Origin: a virus
Taxonomy: Duplodnaviria; Caudoviricetes
IMG/VR virus record: IMGVR_UViG_2929707518_000001
Location: 6,335-70,334 of that record
Direction: 5' to 3' (one strand)
DNA length: 64,000 nt
Made by a program: the position numbers and the translations under genes
In this document: in pieces, positions 28,734 through 37,214 of the stretch
How positions within the stretch are numbered: the stretch's first letter is position 1
Layout of the letters: every line of letters begins with the position of its first letter
The notes under the pieces: generated by a model
Databases searched by the model: none
The model's input: the letters and a program-made list of their open reading frames with translations, nothing else
Told to the model about the DNA's origin: nothing

Positions 28734-29053
28734 GGCCGGCCCGCGAAGGCGACAGCCCGGTCGACCATGCCCTGCACCTCGTCGGCGCCGACGCCTCCGT
28801 ACTGGTCGATCAGGGTGAAGTCGCTGGGCTGAAACGGCGCCCACTCCTCCGGGTCCTTCTCGGCAGGGGTGAGGAGCCGGAAGGAGTCGACGCAGTACGG
28901 GATGCGTTCGCTCTTCTGGTAGGTGGCAACGATGACCACGCTGCCGACGCGGGTGACGTTCAGGATGTGGGCGTCGCTCGGGGTGTGGATTCCAGCGAGA
29001 GCGCGGAGGGCGATCCGCTGGCGAAGGGTGGCGATGCGGGAGGTGACGTTCAT
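28730..29053 (-). CDS. Hypothetical protein
   Basis: AAGGGA RBS; high-GC codon usage. Confidence 0.65.
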   Translation of the reverse strand: MNVTSRIATLRQRIALRALAGIHTPSDAHILNVTRVGSVVIVATYQKSERIPYCVDSFRLLTPAEKDPEEWAPFQPSDFTLIDQYGGVGADEVQGMVDRAVAFAGRP

Positions 29054-29090
29054 GGAGGTTCCCTTCCGGGGTGAAGCGCGGGCGGTTGGG

Positions 29091-29483
29091 TCAGGCGGCG
29101 AGGCGGTGGGCCGCCTGCTCGAAGCGGGCAGCGGCGGCGCGGTCCTTCGGCCGGTACACGGCGAGACGAGCGGCGAACGCGGCGAGGTCGTACAGCTTCA
29201 CGACGATCGACTTGCGGACGCGACCCTTGAGCGCGACGGCGGCGCGAGCGGTGGCCGTCGGCTGAACGCGGGTGGAGAAGGCTCCAGCGAACCGTTTCGC
29301 GATGTCGGGGGCGATGCCGACGGCAAGGAGATGAGTGCGGGCCGTCTGGGGCGTACCGGCGGCCACCTTGCGGCGGGCCTTACGGGTCGCACTGACGGCG
29401 GCACGGGCGGCCTTGCGGGGGGCGCGGAAGTCGATCGCGCGCTGGCGGAGGGTTTGGCGGGCGGTGCGGGCCTTGGCGTTCAT
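29091..29483 (-). CDS. Very basic Ala/Arg/Lys-rich protein
   Basis: MNAKARTARQ; AAGGGGG RBS downstream of a promoter. Confidence 0.7.
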   Translation of the reverse strand: MNAKARTARQTLRQRAIDFRAPRKAARAAVSATRKARRKVAAGTPQTARTHLLAVGIAPDIAKRFAGAFSTRVQPTATARAAVALKGRVRKSIVVKLYDLAAFAARLAVYRPKDRAAAARFEQAAHRLAA

Positions 29484-29509
29484 GGGATCCCCCTTGGTTC
29501 GATACACCC

Positions 29510-29602
29510 ATCATGAGGCCAACGTGTTGGCCAGTCAAGAGGCCTACGTGTTGGATATGGCAGAGCAACGTGGTGGCCTCGCCATAGGCCAATACTTGTG
29601 GG
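29510..29602. promoter_or_regulatory. Divergent promoter region with an operator array
   Basis: Minus-strand TTGACT-17-CATGAT; palindrome GGCCAACGTGTTGGCC at 29517 and degenerate copies at 29541, 29563 and 29587. Confidence 0.72.
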
Positions 29603-29613
29603 ATCCTGCATCC

Positions 29614-29868
29614 ATGTCCGACTACACGCCCGACGACGAAGCCGTCCGCCTCTACACCCGCTACAAGCGCGCACGCGAAACGGAAGCCGAGCTCAAAGAC
29701 CCCGTCCGCGAGCAGGCCGCGCACGACCTCAAGGCCGGCGCCACCGTCAGGGACCTGGCGAAGCTCACAGGCCTGACCCCCGAGTTCTTCCGCCGCATCG
29801 CCCGGGCCGAAGGCGTTGAACGACTCCGGCCGCCGACGGTCGGCAAGCTCAAGTCGGAGGCAGAATGA
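29614..29868 (+). CDS. Small HTH repressor
   Basis: GATVRDLAKLTGLTPEFFRRIAR. Confidence 0.72.
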   Translation: MSDYTPDDEAVRLYTRYKRARETEAELKDPVREQAAHDLKAGATVRDLAKLTGLTPEFFRRIARAEGVERLRPPTVGKLKSEAE

Positions 29869-30227
29869 AGACCCACGAGAGTTGCCAGCACACCGCTTAC
29901 CGGCTCACCTGCGCCGACTACGACGCCCTGTGGGAGCACGCCGAAGGACGATGCGAGATCTGCCGGAAAACCCCTGAGGAGACCCCGGATGGCCGGCTCG
30001 GTATCGATCACGCGGGCGAGTACGGCTACTTCGCCGTGCGCGGGCTGCTGTGCTCGAAGTGCAACACGTTCATGCGGTACGTCGACCGTGGCCAGAAGTG
30101 CAACGGCTACGCCTCGCAGTACCTGCAGAACGCCTGGTTCGTCCGCGTCCTCAAGCAGCGCCACGAGGACAACAAGGCCGTGACCCGGAAGGCCCGAAAG
30201 GCGTCAACGAGGGAGGCCTCCTCGTGA
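29865..30227 (+). CDS. Endonuclease VII-like (His-Me finger) protein
   Basis: CEIC...IDH...VRGLLCSKCN. Confidence 0.82.
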   Translation: MKTHESCQHTAYRLTCADYDALWEHAEGRCEICRKTPEETPDGRLGIDHAGEYGYFAVRGLLCSKCNTFMRYVDRGQKCNGYASQYLQNAWFVRVLKQRHEDNKAVTRKARKASTREASS

Positions 30228-30598
30228 CCGCCGCCCGACTCGCGTTCATCCGCGCCCGCCTTCAGGAGGACCGCCAGGTCGCGAACGGCCACGAGCAGGC
30301 GTCGGCTAGCTGGCATGCGGACGACTGCGTCATGGAGGTCCGAGATGACGCAAACGCGGGGACGGTCGCCACCGTCTACCGGGCTGGCGACCTGACCCAT
30401 GTCGTTCGCCATCATCCTGCTCGTGTCCTCGTTGAGGTTGCATCGAAGGAGCGCCTGCTCGACTGGCTCGAACAAATGCAGGACCGGGCGTCCGACGCCG
30501 ACTTCTGGGGCTTCGACATCGACGAGGCTCTGAGCCTACTGATCCTGCCTTACGCGGACCATTCCGATTTCCGGCTGGAATGGGCGCCGGAGGGGTGA
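30224..30598 (+). CDS. DUF6221-like hypothetical protein
   Basis: FIRARLQED...HHPARVLVEV...LPYADHSDFRLEW. Confidence 0.7.
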   Translation: MTAARLAFIRARLQEDRQVANGHEQASASWHADDCVMEVRDDANAGTVATVYRAGDLTHVVRHHPARVLVEVASKERLLDWLEQMQDRASDADFWGFDIDEALSLLILPYADHSDFRLEWAPEG

Positions 30599-30664
30599 CC
30601 CGTAGGCCGTTGCAGGAGTAGCGTGGAAGCTGCGCGACCAACGCACTGGCTCTATGCCTGCGAG

Positions 30665-30697
30665 AGCCCCGCCCGGGTTGGCTTTGGGCGGGGCTTC
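30665..30697 (+). terminator. Hairpin terminator
   Basis: AGCCCCGCCCGGG-loop-TTTGGGCGGGGCTT. Confidence 0.55.
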
Positions 30698-30744
30698 GTC
30701 GTGTTCCGTAACGCCGGGACCCCCGTGCGCGGCAGACTGTGCGC

Positions 30745-30942
30745 ATGGGGGTCTCTGACGTGTCGTACATGGTCCGTGCTGGCACTGCTCCCGAGTGTCA
30801 GCGGGCGCTTGATGAGTTGTGCCGGCTGGTGGGTGCGCGGCCTACGATCCTGCCGACGGACCGGCATGGGGCTGGCTGGATTGCGCGTGCGGTGGTCACG
30901 CCGAAGGCCCCCGCGGGTGGCGAGGGCCCGGTCGAGCGATAG
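30745..30942 (+). CDS. Small hypothetical protein (possibly leaderless)
   Basis: CAGACT-6 nt-ATG. Confidence 0.5.
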   Translation: MGVSDVSYMVRAGTAPECQRALDELCRLVGARPTILPTDRHGAGWIARAVVTPKAPAGGEGPVER

Positions 30943-31074
30943 CTAGTCGTCGCAGTCGCAGTAGTCGTTGACCTGCTGACAGTCGGGGCAGCGTGGGCAA
31001 TCGCAGCCGCACGGATGGGCGCTGTCGTTACAGCTGCACTGACACATGCTCTCGCCGCAGGGGTTGTCATTCAT
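30943..31074 (-). CDS. 43-aa Cys-rich metallothionein-like peptide
   Basis: MNDNPCGESMCQCSCNDSAHPCGCDCPRCPDCQQVNDYCDCDD; AAGGA RBS; 11 Cys. Confidence 0.6.
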   Translation of the reverse strand: MNDNPCGESMCQCSCNDSAHPCGCDCPRCPDCQQVNDYCDCDD

Positions 31075-31084
31075 GTCGCGTTCC

Positions 31085-31480
31085 TTAGAGTGCTGCCATG
31101 CCGAGAGCGGCGATGACAAGGGCGATGACGTGGGCTGTCTGGTCGACGTGCGCGGCGCCGCCGCGGCTGATCCAGTCGATGGATCCGGTGTGGGTCATCC
31201 ACCAGGTGACGGGCCAGCGTCGGTCGATGAACCCGTGGGTGGCGGTGATCCACACCAGGGCGGCGATGGCGGCCGGGACGCTGACGGTGAGATCCAGCAG
31301 TCCCACCCCGATAGCCAGGGCGACGGCCGTAGTGATCGTATGCGTGCCGGCGTGGCTCAAGTTCGCGATCCACCCCTCCCGGCTCTTCTCCATCTTGTGA
31401 GCGGACTGGTGATCGCTCTGCAGGGCGTAGTCGGCGGTCAAATGGGCGACGTAGAGCAGGATGAACATGCTGGCGAACAT
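31085..31480 (-). CDS. DUF3307-like membrane protein
   Basis: AHLTADY.LQ, THGFID and DQTAH motifs; AGGAGG RBS. Confidence 0.75.
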   Translation of the reverse strand: MFASMFILLYVAHLTADYALQSDHQSAHKMEKSREGWIANLSHAGTHTITTAVALAIGVGLLDLTVSVPAAIAALVWITATHGFIDRRWPVTWWMTHTGSIDWISRGGAAHVDQTAHVIALVIAALGMAAL

Positions 31481-31580
31481 CGAGCCTCCTGGTGCTGGTT
31501 ACTGGTCTCAGCTTGGGGCCGGCGCCGGAGTCGGAAGGGATAGAAACATCCCCTCGGGCTGTGAGGCGGGCCACGACGCC

Positions 31581-32024
31581 TTACTTGGTGATCGTCTTCG
31601 CGAAGAAGCCGCGGGTCTGCGTGCTCACGGTGTGACTCTGCTGGCTGACAGGCCCGTTGTAGTGGTGGTTGTGGGTCTCAGGCATGACCGCCTTGGCGCT
31701 GCGGAGCATTCGAGCGATGGCGAAAATCGGGGCGGCGATGGCCACGGGTGCGGCGCAGATCATGCCGATGACGACAGGGTCGGCGTAGTCGGAGGCGACG
31801 AGGATCAGCGAGGTGGCGCCGCCGACGGACAATGCGGCGACGCTGCCGCAGAGCATCAGTGCGCCGGTATCCGTCGCCTTCTGGGACATCGGGGGCCGGC
31901 CGGGCTGCGGGACGGGTGGGGTGGGTCCGACGGCGGGAAGCGGGCTGCGATCGCGGTGGCTGGTGGGACCGTGGTAGATCGCTTCGACGTCCGCGACGAG
32001 CTGCGGGTCGGGGATGCTGTTCAC
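31581..32024 (-). CDS. Spread (Spd)-like membrane protein
   Basis: Pro-rich N-terminus and two TM helices; downstream of traB. Confidence 0.55.
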   Translation of the reverse strand: MNSIPDPQLVADVEAIYHGPTSHRDRSPLPAVGPTPPVPQPGRPPMSQKATDTGALMLCGSVAALSVGGATSLILVASDYADPVVIGMICAAPVAIAAPIFAIARMLRSAKAVMPETHNHHYNGPVSQQSHTVSTQTRGFFAKTITK

Positions 32025-32302
32025 GACAGGGGCTCCGTTCGGTTGCCGCGCTCGATAGATGATGCGTTCAGCTGCTCGTTGAGTTCGGCGACCTCGGTGA
32101 GCTTCTCGAGGATGGGGCTGAGGTCGAGGCGCAGCGTCATGTGCGCGGCGGTGCTCTTGCGTAGATCGGTGCGGAGCCCAGAGCCGCCCGGGTTCAGCAT
32201 GGTGAGGTGGGCTTCTACGAGCTTTTCGGCTGCTTCCAGTAGCGCGACAATCTCCTGGGCGTTGTTGGCGACGAACTCGTAACGGGGCGGGATTGCGGGC
32301 AC
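32021..32302 (-). CDS. Hypothetical protein
   Basis: GAGGAG RBS with GTG start; GTGA overlap. Confidence 0.55.
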   Translation of the reverse strand: MPAIPPRYEFVANNAQEIVALLEAAEKLVEAHLTMLNPGGSGLRTDLRKSTAAHMTLRLDLSPILEKLTEVAELNEQLNASSIERGNRTEPLS

Positions 32303-32382
32303 GGCGGGCTCCTCGGTGACAGCGGCCTGGTTGGGGTCGATGGGCGCGAGCGGCCGGGCGGGGGCCGGCCACCCGCGGGTGG

Positions 32383-32610
32383 TTACTTGCTGGAGACGTC
32401 GTTGACGGCGTCGCTGGCCATGCGGACTCCGGTGCCCATGACGTCCTGCACCTTGGCGACACCTGTGGCACCCCACGGGGTCGCCACGAGGAGGACCCAG
32501 AAGAGACTCACGACGAGGAATTCGCGGCGCTTGAAGCTGGCGTCCTTCTTCATCCAGATGCCGATGCCGCCCGCGACGAGGAGGAACAGGGCGGTGATGG
32601 TGAGGGTCAT
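32383..32610 (-). CDS. Small two-TM Spd-like protein
   Basis: ATGA-coupled to traB; hydrophobic 75 aa. Confidence 0.6.
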   Translation of the reverse strand: MTLTITALFLLVAGGIGIWMKKDASFKRREFLVVSLFWVLLVATPWGATGVAKVQDVMGTGVRMASDAVNDVSSK

Positions 32611-35159
32611 GACGCACTCCGGGTTTCTGCGAGGGGGGTGTCGAGAGGGGCTGCGGTGTGCCAGTCGCGCTCGAGCTTGCGGAGCTTGTCGAGGCGTTCC
32701 AGGCGGGCGGTGGCGTTGGCGACGTTGGCGGGCTTGAGGCCGGTGACGTCGGCGATGGTCTTGTTCCGGCGGGCGCCGTCGTCGACCGCGTGCCAGACGC
32801 GCTGGGAGCGGGTGAGGGGTACGAGATCGTCTAGCTCTTCGTCTTCCACGTCGGTCCTGCTGGTCGAGACGTCGATGATCGTGGGGTTCCTCCGGGTGGC
32901 GCCCTGCTCCTTGGCGGCCAGCTCGCGGAGGAACTGCTCCTCGTCGGCGGCATCGAGGTGCCGGTACTCGTCGCGCCGCAGGTAGGCCGTCCCCGCCGCC
33001 TCGGCTTCGGGGGCGGTGAGGGTCTCCATGGGGAACTGGCGGCTGAGGCGGGCGGGGTTGGTGTGGAAGGCGGCTCGGGACTGGGTGTACTGGTCTTTGC
33101 CGTCGGCCATGTAGAAGACGCCGCCGGTCTCGGATCCGTCGGGGAAGCGTTCCGGAAGCGGTTCGAGCCGGTACTTGGGAGTCCGGGAGCCGAGGGACAT
33201 GACGTCAACGTCGGTGCGGGCCGTGCGGAAAAGGGCAATATTCCCGGACTGGAGCATGTCGCGGATCGCGTTGGCGCTGCTGTCGGAACCGAGGGAGTCC
33301 AGGTTGGGGATCTGGACCCAGACCCGCGCGGCGATGCCGGCGGCCCGGGAGAGGCGGCCGACGCTGGAGATGGAGCGGAGGAGCGGCTTGACATGGTCGG
33401 CCAGAGGGTCCTTGAGGACCATTTCGTTGAACTCGTCCCAGGTCACGGTCATGGGGGCGAACGGTTCCCCGGGGACGAAGAAGCTGCGGCCGTTCTCGGT
33501 GTACCCCTCGGCGTCGAGCCACTGCATGGTCATCTGCTGGGCGTAGCGGTACTCGGAGACACGGTTGGCGCCCTGGCCCATGAGCATGGCTCCGTAGGCG
33601 GATTTAACGAGCCAGTCGAGGTCGTTCATCCAGGGGGCGTAGCCGGCTCCGCCCTTGCCGTCGGCCAGCCAGGAGACGAACCCGTTGGCGCGCTGGGCGA
33701 CCTGGAGGTCTTCTTCGAGGCTGGTTTTGCCGGCGCCGGTGGTGCCGGAGCCGAAGGCGTGAACGGCGGAGGCTGAGGAGCGGCCGGACATGCCGCGGCG
33801 CTTGGGGTCGTATTTGAGGAGTCTCCATCGCGTGGGGTTGCCATAGATGTCCTGGCCAACGGTGATGTAGCCCTGGTCGTCCATGATGAGGGCGTCCAGG
33901 TCGAGGGCCACGCCGCGCTGGAGCGGGTTGTTGCTCATCTCGTTGACCTCGATGCGGCGGGAGTCGAGGACGCGGAGGTGGAGCCGGGAGGCTGCGCCTT
34001 CGCCCTGCAGGTCGAGGGCTTGGGCGATGCTGCCGGCCTGCACTTCGGCGACGCCGGATCCGCGTCGGGGCATGAGGAGCTTGAAGCGGCGCCCGTGCTC
34101 GGTGCGTTCGACGTCGTACAGCTCGCTGCCGTTGTAGGGGCTGTACTCCTGCCAGACGGCCGACAGGTCGTTCTCGTCCAGCTCACCGGATGCTGCTGCT
34201 CGCAGGCGCACGGTGAGCTTGGCCCGTCCTGCGGCCATGTCGTCGGGCCGGTAAATGTTGACGGCCCGCGGCGGAACCTCGAAGGCAATCGAGACCGCGT
34301 CCTGGCCCACACTGAGGGCCGGCTTGGCCGTGGTGGAGACGATGACGGCGGTAAGCCTGTCGTCATCCAGCTGCATGCTGACGAGGCGGGAGTCGGGCAG
34401 CGGCCCCCGCTCGCAGGCGATCCATTCGTTCCAGCGGGCCAGGTACCACTCGGCGGTCCTCGCCTGCGCCTCGACAGGGTGGGCAGGGTCGGGCTTCTGC
34501 CACATGCGCGCGCCCCACGCCCCGGCGAGGGAGGTGACGACCAGGGGAGCCCACCAGGGGGTGTCGAGGTATCCGGTGGCGGGGATCGCGGCCAGCGGTC
34601 CGGCGCGCAGGGCCATTTCCGTGGCGCTGTAACGTCGCCACCAGCCCTTCTTCCAGTCCGGCAGGACCTTCGCCCAGGCGGTGCGCAGGAGCTCGCAGCG
34701 GGCCCGGCGGGCTTCGGCCGTCGCCTGGCGGACCAGGGCCGGACGCTCGGCGTGCCAGTACCAGCCGTTGGCAACGTCGTGAACGGGGACGAGTATCCCG
34801 TCTGTGTTCACGGTCAGCGTCTCAGCGTGGTCCTCGGCGAGGCGGCGGCGCATGCGGCGCACGGTGCGCCGGTAGCCGCGGCGGCTGGAGCGGCACATCC
34901 ACTCCCACGGCTCGCCCTGGCCGGGGAGCCAGCGCCAGGGGCCGGGCAGCATCCCCAGGGCGGCCCAGCCAGCGGCTACTCCGGTGGCGCCCATGGTGGT
35001 GAAGAGGAGGGGGTCGCCGGTGAGTGTGGAGGCGGCACCGAGGCCGGTCCCGATGTAGAGGCCGGGGTTGTTGAGGGTGGCGATCCGGGCGCGGATGCCG
35101 GTGAGTTCCTTCGGGTTGTCGTTGATGGTGGGTGTGGCGGGTACGGTCGTCGTCGCCAT
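32607..35159 (-). CDS. traB: FtsK/SpoIIIE-type conjugative DNA translocase (TraB-like)
   Basis: N-terminal TM segments, Walker A GTTGAGKT, DGKGG, Walker B VTWDE, arginine-finger region GRLSRAAG and C-terminal winged helix. Confidence 0.8.
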   Translation of the reverse strand: MATTTVPATPTINDNPKELTGIRARIATLNNPGLYIGTGLGAASTLTGDPLLFTTMGATGVAAGWAALGMLPGPWRWLPGQGEPWEWMCRSSRRGYRRTVRRMRRRLAEDHAETLTVNTDGILVPVHDVANGWYWHAERPALVRQATAEARRARCELLRTAWAKVLPDWKKGWWRRYSATEMALRAGPLAAIPATGYLDTPWWAPLVVTSLAGAWGARMWQKPDPAHPVEAQARTAEWYLARWNEWIACERGPLPDSRLVSMQLDDDRLTAVIVSTTAKPALSVGQDAVSIAFEVPPRAVNIYRPDDMAAGRAKLTVRLRAAASGELDENDLSAVWQEYSPYNGSELYDVERTEHGRRFKLLMPRRGSGVAEVQAGSIAQALDLQGEGAASRLHLRVLDSRRIEVNEMSNNPLQRGVALDLDALIMDDQGYITVGQDIYGNPTRWRLLKYDPKRRGMSGRSSASAVHAFGSGTTGAGKTSLEEDLQVAQRANGFVSWLADGKGGAGYAPWMNDLDWLVKSAYGAMLMGQGANRVSEYRYAQQMTMQWLDAEGYTENGRSFFVPGEPFAPMTVTWDEFNEMVLKDPLADHVKPLLRSISSVGRLSRAAGIAARVWVQIPNLDSLGSDSSANAIRDMLQSGNIALFRTARTDVDVMSLGSRTPKYRLEPLPERFPDGSETGGVFYMADGKDQYTQSRAAFHTNPARLSRQFPMETLTAPEAEAAGTAYLRRDEYRHLDAADEEQFLRELAAKEQGATRRNPTIIDVSTSRTDVEDEELDDLVPLTRSQRVWHAVDDGARRNKTIADVTGLKPANVANATARLERLDKLRKLERDWHTAAPLDTPLAETRSAS

Positions 35160-35223
35160 CCGCTTTCTCCGTTTCGCGGTTGGGAGGGGCGGGGTCAGTG
35201 GGTGACCCCGCCCTTCGTGGCGT

Positions 35224-35616
35224 TTAGTGCCGCTGGTTGAAGGCGGGCTCGGCCATCTGCACCGAGTGGGTGCGGTTGGCGTCGGCCATCCGGCCGTGCT
35301 GGCCTTCCGTTTCGCTGGCCAGGCCCTGTGCTGCGGTGGCGAGCACGTCGGCGGCGGAGACGATCGCGGCGACGCTGCCCGCCATGGCGGTTGAGATCGT
35401 CGAGATTTCCATGTAGGCGGTGGTGGTCGGCTCGTCGACGCTGAGGATGGTCATGGCTTCGGACAGGTAGCGGGCGGAAGCGGCCCGGTCTTCGAACCGG
35501 TCTTTCATGCGTTCGACGGCCTGCCGGGTGCGGGCGGCGCGGATGCCGTAGGCGGCGGCCCTGGCCATGACGGCGGCGTAGGTGATGGTCGTGCCGATGG
35601 CCTTTGCGATGCTCAT
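35224..35616 (-). CDS. Helical transfer-associated protein
   Basis: Directly upstream of traB; GGGAG RBS. Confidence 0.6.
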   Translation of the reverse strand: MSIAKAIGTTITYAAVMARAAAYGIRAARTRQAVERMKDRFEDRAASARYLSEAMTILSVDEPTTTAYMEISTISTAMAGSVAAIVSAADVLATAAQGLASETEGQHGRMADANRTHSVQMAEPAFNQRH

Positions 35617-35618
35617 GG

Positions 35619-36728
35619 TCAGGCTCCCGTCGTTTCGAAGACCTCGGTGTGGGCGGCGGTATCTTCCGCGTCGACGGTGTCGCTGACGTAGAAGGGGCGT
35701 TCGGCGACCGATTCCATGTCGGCGGCGATCCCGGCGTACACGCCCTGGCCGGCCTCGAGGAGCTTCTTTGCCTTCACGACGGCTTCGTCCTGGGCGTATG
35801 TGTGCTGTTTGAGCTGGTTGAGCTGGCTGTTGATCAGCTGGTACTGCTCCATGCAGCGGGTGACCCAGCCGGCGACCCGGTCGCCAACTCCGGCGTTGCG
35901 GAGGGCTGCGACGAGGTCGTCGGCTCGGCCGATCTCGCGCTCGCAGCGCTCTTGGAGGCGGTCGTAGACGGTCAGGTCGTCATCGCACATGAGGGAGAGC
36001 TCTTCGCTCTCGTCGTGGACGGATTCGTAGGTGACTTCGGATGCCATGCGGCCAACTCCGTCTTCGGGGGGCTGGATGGGTGTGGCCGGCGCTGCCGGCT
36101 CGGGCTCGGTGCCGGGTGTGGCGGCAGGTTCGGATCCCCTGGGGGCTGGAACTGGTGTGGAGTCGGAGGGTGGGGCTGTCGCCTCGGGCTGGGGGGGCGG
36201 CGCCGGTGCGGGGCTGGCCGGAGCCTTCTCGGGGTCCGGCTCGCCGCCGGCCGGACCGGCTGCGGTTGTGGGCTTGGCGAGGGTGACTCCGGCCGGGGCG
36301 CCTGCGGTCGGCGGCGTGGTCGGCATCGGAGGGGCCGCAGGCGGGGTGATGATCGGCGCGGGGTCGGGTGCGCCTTCCGCCTGACGGCGCTTGCGGTACT
36401 CCCGAAGGGCCGAGCTGCCGGTGTCGCGGGCCCAGTACACGCCCTTGGCTGCCCAGTTCCCCAGGTGCCGGCCCGCTGGGGTGGCGACGCGTTCCAGCGG
36501 CGTGTGCCTGCGGTACCCGGATCGGAAAGCCTCAGGGATCGTGAGCGGGGTCCCGTCGCTGCCCTTGGGATTGTCTCCGTGCTTGTCGGCGATCTTCCGC
36601 ACGGCTTTCTCGTGGCGGACTTGCTCGCGCCGTAGGTCGCGTTCGGCGGGGCTGATGCCCAGCCGAGCCTGCTCGCTCTGCGCTCCTGCGGCCCATGCCA
36701 GGAGGCAGGCGGCGATCAGTACTTCCAT
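35619..36728 (-). CDS. Transfer-associated (TraA-position) protein with a Pro-rich linker
   Basis: Hydrophobic N-terminus, Pro/Ala linker and helical C-domain. Confidence 0.6.
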   Translation of the reverse strand: MEVLIAACLLAWAAGAQSEQARLGISPAERDLRREQVRHEKAVRKIADKHGDNPKGSDGTPLTIPEAFRSGYRRHTPLERVATPAGRHLGNWAAKGVYWARDTGSSALREYRKRRQAEGAPDPAPIITPPAAPPMPTTPPTAGAPAGVTLAKPTTAAGPAGGEPDPEKAPASPAPAPPPQPEATAPPSDSTPVPAPRGSEPAATPGTEPEPAAPATPIQPPEDGVGRMASEVTYESVHDESEELSLMCDDDLTVYDRLQERCEREIGRADDLVAALRNAGVGDRVAGWVTRCMEQYQLINSQLNQLKQHTYAQDEAVVKAKKLLEAGQGVYAGIAADMESVAERPFYVSDTVDAEDTAAHTEVFETTGA

Positions 36729-36842
36729 CGCTTCCCCTCACGTTCTGCGACGGGGAGGGGTGAACGGCTGGCCGTGCGCGCACGTGCGCGCGTAGCAGAT
36801 CCGCCGGTTCATCTCTACCCGGGTGAATGAACGAGTGAATGA

Positions 36843-37025
36843 TTACTGTGTGTAGCGTTCCGTGATGCGCTGGAGCGCGTCCGCTACCTCCAGCCAGGCC
36901 CGGTTGGCGATCACCGGGTCCACCTGTTGGAGGGTGCTGCGGAGGCGGTCCATGCGCCGGAGGGCCCCGGTCTTGGGGGATACGGCGTCCGCGCGCTTGA
37001 TCTCTTTGGGCCAGTACGAGCTCAC
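36843..37025 (-). CDS. Small hypothetical protein
   Basis: AAGGGA RBS; 60 aa. Confidence 0.5.
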   Translation of the reverse strand: MSSYWPKEIKRADAVSPKTGALRRMDRLRSTLQQVDPVIANRAWLEVADALQRITERYTQ

Positions 37026-37214
37026 GACGTCATCCCTTCGGCTGGCGGGGGCAGGGGCTGCCGGGTCTGCTTGCCGGGTCTGCGAACGTTCCGCTCACCG
37101 GGGTTACTCGTCGGCCTGCGACCTGCAAGTATGTGGTTCAGACTGCTTCCGGCAGTCTCGGCAAGGTCCAGCGGTTGATGTCGCTGGGCCCTGCCGGCTA
37201 TGCCGGGGAGCGGG

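Noticed and set aside
29517-29602. Palindromic repeats as a mini-CRISPR
   Set aside because: The spacers are only 6-8 nt, the copies are degenerate and overlap a promoter, and there are no cas genes.
32607-35159. FtsK ATPase as a T7SS EccC or a packaging ATPase
   Set aside because: It has a single ATPase domain plus wHTH, with Spd/GntR context and no other T7SS genes; a separate terminase exists.
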